From positions 33,809 to 97,808 of the IMG/VR virus record IMGVR_UViG_3300044801_000208: a stretch of DNA of 64,000 nucleotides. One strand, given 5' to 3'. Positions 32,150 to 42,700 of this stretch are shown here, piece by piece. Every line of letters begins with the position of its first letter. The stretch's first letter is position 1. The notes under the pieces are model-generated. The model saw nothing but the letters and a program-made list of their open reading frames with translations, made no database searches and was not told the DNA's origin. The position numbers and the translations under genes were made by a program. The stretch is from a virus.

Positions 32150-35121
32150 AGCTCCTCGTCGAATGAGTTGACGGCCGCCGCCATGGTCCTCTCGCCCACG
32201 GGGGTCTCCACGACCTGGTACTGCTTCGGCTTCTCGGTCATGTAGTTCGTCTCCCGGTTGATGCGGAAGTTCAGCGAGGTGAAGGAGCCGCCCTCCCTGT
32301 CGCGCCCGCGAACGATCATCCCGTCCTCGCCGTCCTTCGTGCGCGTCGCCACGCCCAGGCACAGGTCGAACCGCTGGCCGATCGTGGTGAAGTACTGGAT
32401 GAGGCCGTCGCGCTTCAGGATGGACTCAAGCTCGTCGTCGTAGTTCTCCGCGCCCGCGTTCTTCTCCTGGATGCGCTCTATGTCGCGCCTCGCGTCGGAG
32501 CCGAACTGCGCGGTGACGATCACCATGCAGCCCCGCCCGCCGAACGCGTCGCGGCTGAAGGCGAACAGCCTGTCCACGATCGAGGAGCAGACCTTCCAGT
32601 TGCTCGCGCCGCCCCGGGTCTTCCCGTCCTCGGGCGGCATGATCGTGTCTAGGGGGTCGATGATGATGAAGTCCCACTGGTACTTCATGAAGGTCGCCTC
32701 GGCGTAGGCCATGAGCGCCCCCACCTTGTCCTCGTCGCCCTTCGTCACGGCGTCTATGTTCTGCGGCTCGATGAAGCCCGGCACGATCTCGCCCGCCTTC
32801 AGCTTGAGCAGCAGGCTCTTCATCTTCGCGAGGTCGTCCGCCGTCGCGGTGCGGTTCAGCCCCTCCCACCCGCTGAGGCCGGGGAGCGCCCCGATCTCCA
32901 CGTCGTTCTTGAAGAAGTGGGACAGCTGGAGCGTCAGCCGCTTCATCACCTTCATGCACTGGTGCTCGCCCGCGAAGAACAGGCCGTTCTTGCCTGTGAT
33001 GGCGAAGTTCATGGCCAAGGACAGGGCGGCCGTAGTCTTGCGGTTGCTCGCGGGGCCGCACAGGCAGATGGCGCAGTCGCCGTCCAGCCCGATGTTCATG
33101 CCCGAGTTGTCGATGGTCGGGAAGCCGAGCTTGAACTTCCGCGTGTCCCCGACGCCCAGGACGTTCTTCTCGAAGTCCGCGTAGATGGCGTCCGTGCGCT
33201 CCTGCCACGCGCCCTGTTCGAACCGCGAGTCCTGCGCCGTGCTGGAGTTCCAGTGCTTGCGCATGCCCCTGCGGTAGGCGAGGACGTCCTCCTCCCGGAG
33301 GAGGAAGAAGTTGAACGCCTCGCGGGCCGACCTGATTTCCTGCCTCAGGTCCAGGGTGTGCATGAACGCGTTGGCCGTGTCGTCGAACGTGCTCGCCGGG
33401 GCGTCCTCCAGGGCGTCCACGAACGCCTTGACCTCGTCCTTGTAGTCGTGCTTCCGGACCTCGGGGTCGGGGCTGACGTCGATGAAGTGCTTGAGCGTGA
33501 CCTTGTCGGGCAGCCTCTTGTTCGCCTCCGTGAACTTGATCAGCAGCCGCATCGTCTCCTGCGCGGCCAGCCTGAGCGTCTGCGTCCCGACCTCGCCCCG
33601 CGCGACCTTGATGGCCTTCGCGTTCGGGGCGAAGCCGAGCTTCTCCTTAATGCGCTTCGCGTAGTGGAGGAACCCGTCCTGCCACACCTCCTCGGGGTGG
33701 TGGACGACGACGCGCAGGATGTGGGCGGCCAGGTCGTTCGCCCGTATGTCTAGCCCGTCCAGGGCCTCGCTCCCCGTCTTCCAGGGGTCCTTGCCCGGCT
33801 CAGGCTCGGGCGGCTCCGCCATCGCCTCGTCCTTCTTGGTCTCCTCGACCTTCTCCTGCTCGGCCTCCGCCTCGTCCGCGACCTCGGCGAACTCAAGCAC
33901 GGCCTCGAGCCCGTCGTTCTTGAAGATCGGGTCCGGGTACTCCTCGTACTTCGGCTTGCCGTGCTCGTCGACGGCCTCCCTGAGGAGCTGGAAGATGGTG
34001 CCGATCGTCACGCCCTCGCAGTCGTCCGAGAAGCAATGGTAGCCGAAGGAGTCGCCGACGATGAAGCCCGTCAGGCCGGAGCCGGAGTGCTTGTGCCCCG
34101 CGTTCAGGCAGATGTCCGTGACCTTGACCGTCTTGCCGTTCGCCTCGCGCTCGCCCTCGATGCGGAACGCGCCCTGGCTCTCGTACCACTCAAGCCAGTC
34201 CTCGGGGTCGAAGTTCTCGTCTAGCTCCGGCATGTCGTCGCTGCGGCGGCTGGAGAGCGGCACCTCGCTGCCGAGGGCGAGAATCTGGTCCAGGGCGACG
34301 GCCGAGACGGGGGACTTCGGCGGGATCAGGCGGTTGTGGCGGTAGGGGCGCTCCGGGGCGTCCGTGCCCTTCCTCGTGGTCGTGCCGTAGGCTCGGGTCA
34401 GTCGCGCGGCGTTGAACACGGCGCAGTCGACCTCGGCGGCGGGGCCGTTGAACCTCGCGGCCAGGGCCTTCAGGCAGTCGACGAGCAGGTGGATGTTGTC
34501 CACCGTGTTCATCATCTTGATGGACTGGAGGATGTGGAAGCCGTTGCCCGAGTCGCCGAGTAGCGGCTGCGGCCAGCCTTTCTCCGCCAGGAACGCGAGC
34601 ATCTGCTGGGCCGTGGCCTTGCAGGCGGCCTTCTCCTCGCCCGTGGAGCTCTCGTGCTCGAACCCGGCGGCGCGGAGCGTGTCGCAGTCGATGAACATCC
34701 AGTTCAGGCTGTCAACGTCGTCGTTGCCCGTGAGGTGCTGGGTCGGGCCGGAGAGAATCTGCTCGACCTGCTCGTCGGTCGGGTTGGCCGTGAGGAGGCC
34801 GCTGCCCTTCGAGCATATCTTGCACGCGCACTTCGCCCGCTCCCTCATGAGGCTGGCCTTGCAGGGGTTGATGACGTAGTAGAGGGAGACCACCCTCGGG
34901 TCGCGGTCCAGGCGCTCGACGACCTCGGCCAGGCGGTCGCGGTCGGTGAAGTAGAAGCCGCGCCAGAACCCCTCGGAGTTCTTGATCCTGAACTCGACGA
35001 GCTGCCCCGGCTTGAACAGCAGGCTGACGCCGAGTTTTATGTTTTCCAGCGGCAAAGGCACTCCCCTTGATCGGCGGGACCGCAGCAAAGGGTCTGCGGT
35101 CCCCGCCTCGGACGTTCTCAC
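32146..35121 (-). CDS. Primase-helicase fusion (primase-like N-terminus, DnaB-like C-terminus); start probably GTG near 35061
   Basis: FIDCD, DSGNGFH, R.TRAYGT; LCGPASNRKTT, FAGE, IIIDPLD, VTAQ. Confidence 0.75.
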   Translation of the reverse strand: MRTSEAGTADPLLRSRRSRGVPLPLENIKLGVSLLFKPGQLVEFRIKNSEGFWRGFYFTDRDRLAEVVERLDRDPRVVSLYYVINPCKASLMRERAKCACKICSKGSGLLTANPTDEQVEQILSGPTQHLTGNDDVDSLNWMFIDCDTLRAAGFEHESSTGEEKAACKATAQQMLAFLAEKGWPQPLLGDSGNGFHILQSIKMMNTVDNIHLLVDCLKALAARFNGPAAEVDCAVFNAARLTRAYGTTTRKGTDAPERPYRHNRLIPPKSPVSAVALDQILALGSEVPLSSRRSDDMPELDENFDPEDWLEWYESQGAFRIEGEREANGKTVKVTDICLNAGHKHSGSGLTGFIVGDSFGYHCFSDDCEGVTIGTIFQLLREAVDEHGKPKYEEYPDPIFKNDGLEAVLEFAEVADEAEAEQEKVEETKKDEAMAEPPEPEPGKDPWKTGSEALDGLDIRANDLAAHILRVVVHHPEEVWQDGFLHYAKRIKEKLGFAPNAKAIKVARGEVGTQTLRLAAQETMRLLIKFTEANKRLPDKVTLKHFIDVSPDPEVRKHDYKDEVKAFVDALEDAPASTFDDTANAFMHTLDLRQEIRSAREAFNFFLLREEDVLAYRRGMRKHWNSSTAQDSRFEQGAWQERTDAIYADFEKNVLGVGDTRKFKLGFPTIDNSGMNIGLDGDCAICLCGPASNRKTTAALSLAMNFAITGKNGLFFAGEHQCMKVMKRLTLQLSHFFKNDVEIGALPGLSGWEGLNRTATADDLAKMKSLLLKLKAGEIVPGFIEPQNIDAVTKGDEDKVGALMAYAEATFMKYQWDFIIIDPLDTIMPPEDGKTRGGASNWKVCSSIVDRLFAFSRDAFGGRGCMVIVTAQFGSDARRDIERIQEKNAGAENYDDELESILKRDGLIQYFTTIGQRFDLCLGVATRTKDGEDGMIVRGRDREGGSFTSLNFRINRETNYMTEKPKQYQVVETPVGERTMAAAVNSFDEEL

Positions 35122-35288
35122 GGAGCTACCGGGAGACGTTGGTTACAACAACGTAAATACTGCCCGCCCAGGGCCGTGGCGGTATTTGACTGTGTAGGCG
35201 GTGCACGGCGGTGGCAAAACCCCGCTGCCGGTAAAACAACAACTAAAACTAGATACTGATTATGGGAGCCTATGTATGAGGTGATATT

Positions 35289-36026
35289 GTGCCTGTTATC
35301 GTTGGGCAAAAACTGGGGTTTCTCACAATCATCGAACTCCCGTACGGCGGCTTAACAAAAGAAAAGGCTGTTGTCCGATGCGACTGCGGCAAAGAAAAAA
35401 CAGTCGCCATCCACAACATGCTTACGCAAAGAACAGTCAGTTGCGGTTGTTTCCAGAAGCGGCGATCTAGGGAGCTGCACATGAGCAATCTCCACGGCCG
35501 CAGGTTTGGTCGCCTGGTGGCGTTGTCCCCAACGAAGCGGCGGGCCAGGGACGGCGCTATTTTTTGGGCGGTGCGCTGCGACTGCGGGGCGGAAAAGGAG
35601 GTCGGCAGCTCGAACCTAACAAGCGGCAACACGCAAAGCTGCGGCTGCCTTATGCGCGAAAAAGCAAGGAGAGGCTGTCTTCCGGGGGACGCCGCCAGGC
35701 ATTACTATTTGGACAAGTACCAAAGGGACGCTTCGCGAAGGGGTTTTTCGTGGGGATTGTCGGACGATCAATTTTACGCCCTGATTTCTGGGCTATGTTA
35801 CTACTGCGGCGTGAAGCCCACGCTCAACAGCAAGGACAAGGATGGAGTCCTGCTGAGTAACGGCGTGGACCGCAAGGACAACGGGCTCGGCTATAGCCCC
35901 GAGAACTGCGTCCCATGCTGCAAGTTCTGCCAGTACGCCAAGCGCGACCTGCCCTACGCGGAGTTTCTCGATCATTTAGAGCGGGCATCCAAGTTCAAAA
36001 TATGGGAAAAGACGGCGTTAAAATAA
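35289..36026 (+). CDS. HNH homing endonuclease
   Basis: Two RCDCG..SCGC repeats, CYYCG, GVDRKDN..GY..ENCVPCC. Confidence 0.85.
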   Translation: MPVIVGQKLGFLTIIELPYGGLTKEKAVVRCDCGKEKTVAIHNMLTQRTVSCGCFQKRRSRELHMSNLHGRRFGRLVALSPTKRRARDGAIFWAVRCDCGAEKEVGSSNLTSGNTQSCGCLMREKARRGCLPGDAARHYYLDKYQRDASRRGFSWGLSDDQFYALISGLCYYCGVKPTLNSKDKDGVLLSNGVDRKDNGLGYSPENCVPCCKFCQYAKRDLPYAEFLDHLERASKFKIWEKTALK

Positions 36027-36565
36027 AACTTCTCCAGTATGAATTTGTTTTCCGAGAACTAGCGTGGCGGGAGGAGCTCGGGATGTCGTTCCCCCCGAAG
36101 GCCGACCGCAGGCGGGTGATGCTGGGCCACGCCCTCTCTGAGGTCTCGGGCCTGAAGGTGAATACTGCGGCGGAGGGCTTGAAGGTCATGGAAGCTTTGC
36201 CGCTTACCGTGGTCCACAGGGTTTTCATTCTCTACCGCGCCGCGTTTCCGGAACCCCGCGTTTTTACCACCATCGGTCTGTACAAGGCCGAGGAGCCGAA
36301 CATGTTCTCGTCTAGGATAGTCAGGTCCGAGGAGGAGACCGAGCGTGCCCTGGATCGCGTGGAGCAAGAGATGGCCGCGAAGTTCGGGCGCAAGGAGCTT
36401 GAGGAGCAGATGGCCCAGGAGCGCGAGATGCTCAAGAACTCTAAGGGCATAGGTCTGACTAGGGCTACGCCGGACCGCCCGACGCCTGAGCCCGGCGCTG
36501 CCCCGGTGCCCGTGAAGATCGACAAGCCGATGAGGAAGGACAGGCCGTGGACGAACAGAAAGTAG
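36002..36565 (+). CDS. Hypothetical protein (tail-chaperone-like)
   Basis: FVFRELAWREE...LGHALSEVSG; loosely similar in style to 13940-14596. Confidence 0.6.
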   Translation: MGKDGVKIKLLQYEFVFRELAWREELGMSFPPKADRRRVMLGHALSEVSGLKVNTAAEGLKVMEALPLTVVHRVFILYRAAFPEPRVFTTIGLYKAEEPNMFSSRIVRSEEETERALDRVEQEMAAKFGRKELEEQMAQEREMLKNSKGIGLTRATPDRPTPEPGAAPVPVKIDKPMRKDRPWTNRK

Positions 36566-37674
36566 CGCCCAAGATCGCGCCTACCAGGTTTACGCAGGGC
36601 AGGACCGCCTCGCTCGGCCTGGACATCATGGGCCGCCTCTCCTCGGGCACCCTGAGAAAGGCCCCCGTTGAGACGATCGAGAGGGTCAAGACGGAGATCA
36701 CCGCGAACTGTGAGGAGATCATAGAGATCGGCGCGAGGATCAGGCCGCTCATGGTTGGGGACAAGCAGGTCGGGTGGGTGCGCGGGCTCCACTCCCAGGA
36801 GCGCAAGATGCTCAAGCGGTGGATCAGGGACCCCAACGACTTTATCGCGCTCACCTTGCAGCACGCCACCTCGTTCTCTAAGGAGGAGATTGAGGGGTTG
36901 CAGGCGTTCGAGATTCGTAGCCTCGTGGAGGTCGTGCGCCGGATGAGCGACTATGACGTGTCGCTGTACCCGTACCTTCCGGCCTACGTCACCACCCAAT
37001 CCTCTGAGGCGCTGTGGTACGGCAAGGGCGACTCCCTGACGTCTTTCGAGAACAAGGTGATCCGCATGCCCGACGGCAAGACCGTGACGATCGTGGCCCC
37101 GCCCGACCACTCCCGCATGTGGGCGACCCTGTGCAACTACCGTGAGCAGAGCAAGAAGAGGCTAGAGGAGAACATGAACGCCCTGTTCATCGTCCGCCCC
37201 TGGGCGGGCAGGCAGGCCGACCCGGTCGCTAACGAGCTGAGGTCAGTAGCGCGGCAGCTGGAGACGGGGTCCGACTACCAGTGGGAGCGGCTCGTGCGGT
37301 CGCCGTCTGCGGTCAACAAGAATGACGGCTGGGGCCACCCGGGCGATAGCGTGGAGGACCTGCGGCGCGAGCTCAAGGGCATGATGGAGGGCGACAAGCA
37401 CGAGCGCCTGATGGACGCCTGGGCCCGTCAGATGGAGCACGAGGCCAAGCAGAAGCAGAAGGACATAGAGGAGTTCCGCAAGAAGCGCGGCATCGACAAG
37501 GCGGGCGTCACGGAGACGCCGATGACGGTACTGACGGCGGACGAAGTCAGGAAGCGGCAGAAGGCGTTGAGGGAGGGCACGCCGCAGCCCGGGCTGGTGC
37601 AGAGGCGCGAGGAGTTCGAGATCGACTCGTCCTCCGCGCAGGTGGACAAGTTCAACAAGTACCGTACATCCTGA
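36547..37674 (+). CDS. Hypothetical protein, 375 aa
   Basis: Long GC3-biased ORF; its stop is supplied by the inverted-repeat arm. Confidence 0.8.
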   Translation: MDEQKVAPKIAPTRFTQGRTASLGLDIMGRLSSGTLRKAPVETIERVKTEITANCEEIIEIGARIRPLMVGDKQVGWVRGLHSQERKMLKRWIRDPNDFIALTLQHATSFSKEEIEGLQAFEIRSLVEVVRRMSDYDVSLYPYLPAYVTTQSSEALWYGKGDSLTSFENKVIRMPDGKTVTIVAPPDHSRMWATLCNYREQSKKRLEENMNALFIVRPWAGRQADPVANELRSVARQLETGSDYQWERLVRSPSAVNKNDGWGHPGDSVEDLRRELKGMMEGDKHERLMDAWARQMEHEAKQKQKDIEEFRKKRGIDKAGVTETPMTVLTADEVRKRQKALREGTPQPGLVQRREEFEIDSSSAQVDKFNKYRTS

Positions 37675-37835
37675 AGTGGCTCCGCGCCAACGGCTACGAC
37701 GCCCCCAAGGGCACCCCGCCGCCTGGGAAGAAGTACCGCGAGCTTGAGGCGGCGTTCATCGCCGAGGGCAGGAGGCGCGGGCTGACGCCCAAGGCCTGGG
37801 ACACCGAGGTGTGGCAGTTCTACGCGAATAAATAG
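37666..37835 (+). pseudogene. Orphan C-terminus of the HhH/Ogg-like glycosylase (contains the right inverted-repeat arm, 37666-37727)
   Basis: ILKWLRANGYDAPKGTPPPGKKYRELEAAF...WDTEVWQFYANK*; no start codon. Confidence 0.85.
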
Positions 37836-37849
37836 ACTTTGTAACGCTT

Positions 37850-38443
37850 ATGTTAGGAGACATAAGCGTTATGGACAGAGAACAAGTTCAGCGTCAACGT
37901 GTAGAGCAACTAAAAACAGGGGCACCCATTGCGCGGCATCGACGCTGGCACGTAAATCGCGGAATAATTGACCCTGCCTGTGACTTGTGCCCCAAATCAA
38001 GAGAGACGACCACTCGCTCCTGCTTGACCTGCAACCAACCCAAGGAACTAACCGTTGACAATTTCCGGCCGAGTCCTACGGGACTCCGCTGGCATTGCAA
38101 GAAGTGTGACGGCAAGCGCGTCCTCCTGTGGTTCAAGGACCACCCTGAGAAGGAGATGCTCCAATCCGCCCGCCGCCGCGCCAAGCAGGTAGGCGTTCCC
38201 TTCAGCATCACCACCGCAGACATCAAAATCCCAGAGACATGCCCCGTGTTCGGGCAAGAGCTGAAAAAGGGCAGTCGGGAATCACATGAGTGGGCACCCA
38301 GCCTGGACCGGAAGAAACCGGAATTGGGGTACGTCCCCGGCAACGTGCAAGTCCTGTCCAACAAGGCTAACCGCTTGAAAAGCAACGCCACCCTGCATGA
38401 GCTCCAGCAACTCGTTGCCTTCCTTGAGGAATCAGGACTTTAG
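37850..38443 (+). CDS. HNH-like homing endonuclease
   Basis: CPVFG, PSLDR..PELGYVPGNVQVLS.KAN..K. Confidence 0.85.
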   Translation: MLGDISVMDREQVQRQRVEQLKTGAPIARHRRWHVNRGIIDPACDLCPKSRETTTRSCLTCNQPKELTVDNFRPSPTGLRWHCKKCDGKRVLLWFKDHPEKEMLQSARRRAKQVGVPFSITTADIKIPETCPVFGQELKKGSRESHEWAPSLDRKKPELGYVPGNVQVLSNKANRLKSNATLHELQQLVAFLEESGL

Positions 38444-38461
38444 GGTTCTTTCAGTAGAACC

Positions 38462-39109
38462 ATGCGCCCACCTATTCCCAAACTCGCCGCTTCGGCGGTC
38501 GCGCCCTTGCAGACGGTCCCAAGATTTCAGAGTGAACTCCTGCGGTCGGGCGCGACGTGGCCGCAAGAAGTGAACTATCTCCGCGACACATACGGGGAAA
38601 TTTTCGCGCTTTGGGAAAGCCTGAAGGCCCCAGGCGATGACAAGCGGCTTTATGAGCAAACAGAGCCGCTGCTGAGAGAGCTTTTGCTGGGCATCTCCAA
38701 GCAGCTCTCCACTCGCATCGACATCTACAAGGCGACGCAGCAGGCCCAATACAATTTCGAGACCGCTTCATCCTACGCCAGAGCAGGGGACTACGCCGTG
38801 GCGCTGATCTACGACAGCTACTCGCTGATGAAGCTGCACAGGCTGCTCGACGGTCTGACGGCCGAGGCGAACAGGAAGCAGGGCTCCAGGAAGCTCGGCT
38901 ACGGCTACGACAGCTCCGGCGAGCAGGGCGAGAGCGGCGGGACGAGCGGGAACGACAGGCACCTGTGGGACTCCAGCGGCTCCCCGAAGCATGACCACAC
39001 CTCCATGAACCCGGCGAACATGCTGTTCGACGTCGAAGCGGAGGCGGACTATAAAGAACTTGCAGAATTTAAGCACAAAAGGGTGTATTGGCCGCCACGA
39101 ACCAGGTGA
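38462..39109 (+). CDS. Hypothetical protein
   Basis: 215-aa ORF with plausible codon usage. Confidence 0.7.
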   Translation: MRPPIPKLAASAVAPLQTVPRFQSELLRSGATWPQEVNYLRDTYGEIFALWESLKAPGDDKRLYEQTEPLLRELLLGISKQLSTRIDIYKATQQAQYNFETASSYARAGDYAVALIYDSYSLMKLHRLLDGLTAEANRKQGSRKLGYGYDSSGEQGESGGTSGNDRHLWDSSGSPKHDHTSMNPANMLFDVEAEADYKELAEFKHKRVYWPPRTR

Positions 39110-39115
39110 TGACAA

Positions 39116-39685
39116 ATGACAAAGAACGAGAAGATTAGCGCGGCGCTGCGAGATGACATTACCGGACAAAGGTTCGGTCGGTTGGTCGTGCTGTCATACG
39201 CCGATAGCCGATATGAAAAACCGCGCTAGTTGTGCCAGTGCGACTGCGGAGCACAGAAGGTGATCTGCGGGGCCAGCCTCAAGCGGAAACGGACGAAAAG
39301 TTGCGGCTGCTTGAATAAGGAAACCTCAATAGTGAGGTTCACAACGCACGGGAAGTGTAGGACGCCTCAGTACAGCATGTGGTACTCAGCCAAGGCGCGG
39401 GCAAAGAAGTCTGGGCTGGAGTTTGACCTACGTGCGGAGGACATCCAGGTTCCGGAACACTGCCCGCTGCTAGGAATCAAGCTAGAGCCGGGGAACGAGA
39501 AGAAACCGGCATGGAACAGTCCCTCACTGGACAGGTATGACTCCATGAAGGGGTACGTGCGGGGCAAGGCCGCGTTCCAGGCAGCCTCGCAGGCGCACCT
39601 CGCCTACCTGCGCACCGCCGCCGGGCTCCCAGCCACGGCGCGGGTGCAGCTCTCGGACGACGGGACGACGGTCATCTCCAGCTAA
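39116..39685 (+). pseudogene. HNH endonuclease pseudogene
   Basis: In-frame TAG at 39227 where Trp is expected (R*LCQCDCG); after GYVRG the frame switches to an unrelated GC-rich C-terminus. Confidence 0.8.
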
Positions 39686-39722
39686 TTGGACGCCGCCGCC
39701 CTTTTCCCGTATTTTATAGGGA

Positions 39723-42700
39723 ATGGACGAGTTCTTCGACGACAGCCTGGTCGACATAGCGCCCGCCGCCAAGGACCTCACCCTTGAGCGGTCCGGCCTC
39801 CTCCGCGACCACTTCCCGTTCGACGAGGTCCGCGCCAACCAGGAGCACACCCTGGACAGGCTCGCGGCCTGGAACCAGTCCCCCAAGAAGTTCTTCGTCC
39901 TTGAGGGCCCGACTGGCTTCGGCAAATGCTTCGCCCCCGGTACTCCCGTTTTGATGCACGACGGTACGGTTAGGACGATCCAAGACGTGCGAGTCGGAGA
40001 CTCGTTGATGGGGGACGACTCCACCCCTCGCCGAGTGCTTTTGCTGTCGCACGGCTTTGACCAGATGTTTGACGTAGTCCCTGTTAAAGGTGACAGCTAT
40101 AGGGTCAACAGCCGCCACATTCTCAGCCTGAAGTTCACGAAAGGCATCGGGACAAAGGGAACCTACTCCAACAACCAAAAATCCCAAGTCCCGCAGTACC
40201 GTAGGCTGGGAATCAAAGCCGGTCCAGGTGCAACGATCGACATCCCCCTCAGCGACTATCTTGATTTGTCAAAGAGCCAAAAACACATCCTCAAAGGCTA
40301 CCGCGTAGGCGTTGAATTCCCCGCGCAAGACGTGCCCATTGACCCGTACTTCCTCGGCCTCTGGCTGGGCGACGGAGACAAGGACAGGCCTGCGGTGACA
40401 ACCGCTGATCCTGAAATCGGTGGGTTTTTGTGCGGTTACGCGAAAGAACTTGGGCTTTCTGTCAACTCTCAGTTTCACAACGGCGCATACACGAGAGACT
40501 TGAACACCGGGAAGCGCGGAGGAAACCCGAAAAGTCGGGAGAAAAACCCGCTACTTGAGGGGTTCCGCGGCCTCTCCGTGCTGAATAACAAGCACATTCC
40601 TCTGCTGTACAAGCGCAACTCTAGGGAAGTCCGGATGAAGGTGCTGGCGGGCGTCGTGGACTCCGACGGGAGCAGGGTCAAAGGCGGGTATGAGTTCACT
40701 CTGGAAATAAAGCGCCTAGCCGAGGACCTGACGTACCTTTGTCGCTCCCTTGGGTTCGCGGCGTACATGAAGCCCTGCGAGAAGACCTGCACCAACGGCA
40801 AGAATGGCCCCGCGACGGGGCGGTACTACCAAGTCCTGATGTCCGGCTTCGGCGTTGAAAAAATCCCGTCTACATTGATACGCAAACAGGGCCTCCCAAG
40901 AAAGCAGAAAAAAGACCCGCTTGTCACAGGGATAAAAGTCCTGCTAGCGGGTTACGGGGAGTTCTTTGGATTCTCCGTGGACGGAAACGAACGGTTTCTG
41001 CTTGGTGACTTTACGGTAGTGCACAACTCCCCCGTCGCGATCGCCGAGGCCTCCTTCGCCAAGACCATGCCCGGCTTCGGGGAGTTCTCCCCCGGCGCAC
41101 ACATCCTCACCCCGCAGAAGACCCTCGCCGCGCAGTACATGGACGACTTCGCCCGCTTCGGCCTCAAGGAGCTCAAGGGGCGGGCCAACTACCACTGCGA
41201 CAAGTGGACGGACATTAACGGGGAGGACATCGACTGCGAGATCGGCGCGATGCTCAACGACTCGGGCGGCCTGGACGAGCGGTGCGACCACTGCCCGTAC
41301 CGCGCCGACAAGGACCGCTACATCGCCTGCCCGCTCGGCACCACGAACTTCTCCTACTACCTGAACGAGGCCCGCTTCGCCGGGGAGCTCCCGAGGCGCA
41401 ACATGCTGATCCTCGACGAGGGCCACAACACCGAGGAATGTCATCCGCCGGAGACGGAAATAGATATTTGTGTCGGTTTCGAGAAGCAGGGACGGCAAAG
41501 GACAGCCAAGACCCGATCTTTTCCAATCGCCTCACTGACAGACGGGCAGAAGGCAGTTTCGTGGAACCGCGCCTCTGACAGTCTCCATCTCTCCGGCAGG
41601 CAAATTCGCGTAGGTCAACGTCAGTACACAGGCACTATGCTGACGGTGGAATCCGGGGGCAAGAAAACCCGTGTCACACCTAACCACTGGTTTTGGGTGA
41701 GGTTCAATTCAACAGCACGCAAGAAGTATATTTTGTACCTGATGCACAAGGAGGGTTATGGATACCGCATTGGGGTTACAAGATTCCGCTCCGCCAGCCA
41801 GCATGGACTCGGTCTGGTGTCCAGAATGCGGCAGGAGGGAGCGGATAAGGGCTGGGTGTTGGCGCTGTACGATTCTTATTCCGAAGCTGCGAAGTGGGAA
41901 AAGACTTATTCGCTGAAACACGGAATCGCCGATACCTGTTTTCGCGCTAGGAAAAACGTTCTTCAGTCAGACATCAAAGACATTTTCCTCTCCACGCGCG
42001 AGAGGGGTGCTCTCGCCTGTTTAAGGGACCACGGGCGGTACGCGGAGTACCCGATCTGGGAAACTTCCCCGCGTGCGGGGCACAAAGGATACTTCAAGGT
42101 GCGTGCCTGTAATCTCTTGCCGGAAGTCATGGACCTGCCCGCCAGAAAAACAAAAACCAGAGGCGAAAGGCGGCGGCTTATTTTAGACAAAAGCACGACT
42201 GTGACCAGCGCGACCTCAAATCAGTACACGGGAATGGTCTATTCATTAGACGTAGCTGAAGACCACACGTATGTCGCCGATGGGATGATCGTCGGCAACT
42301 GCATTCTCTCCCTGACGGACACGGTCATAGACAAGGACAGGTGCGAGAAGTACGGGGTCCAGGGCAGGCTCCCGGAGTTCGACGAGGGGGACAACGAGGC
42401 GGTGCTCGCGTGGCTCGACGCCGCGTTCATACCAGCGGCGCAGCAGCACGCCGTCGCCCTCGGCAGGAGGATGAGGGAGGCGCGGGACAGCGACAGGGCC
42501 TCCGTCGTGAAGAAGGTCAACGCCCTGGAGCGGTTCCTCCTGCGGGTCAACATGTTCCGCAACTCCGAGGACCCGGCGGAGTGGTTCGCGTGGACGGACG
42601 CGCAGACCAAGGCCCTGACGATCAAGCCGCTCACGGGCCGCCTGTTCGCCGACGACTTCCTGTTCTCCAAGGCGCAGAAGGTCCTGATCTTGTCCGCCAC

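Noticed and set aside
15805-37727. Dedicated site-specific invertase or trans-splicing system
   Set aside because: No recombinase or intron structure at the junctions; the arms are ordinary coding sequence and the glycosylase also lacks its N-terminus.
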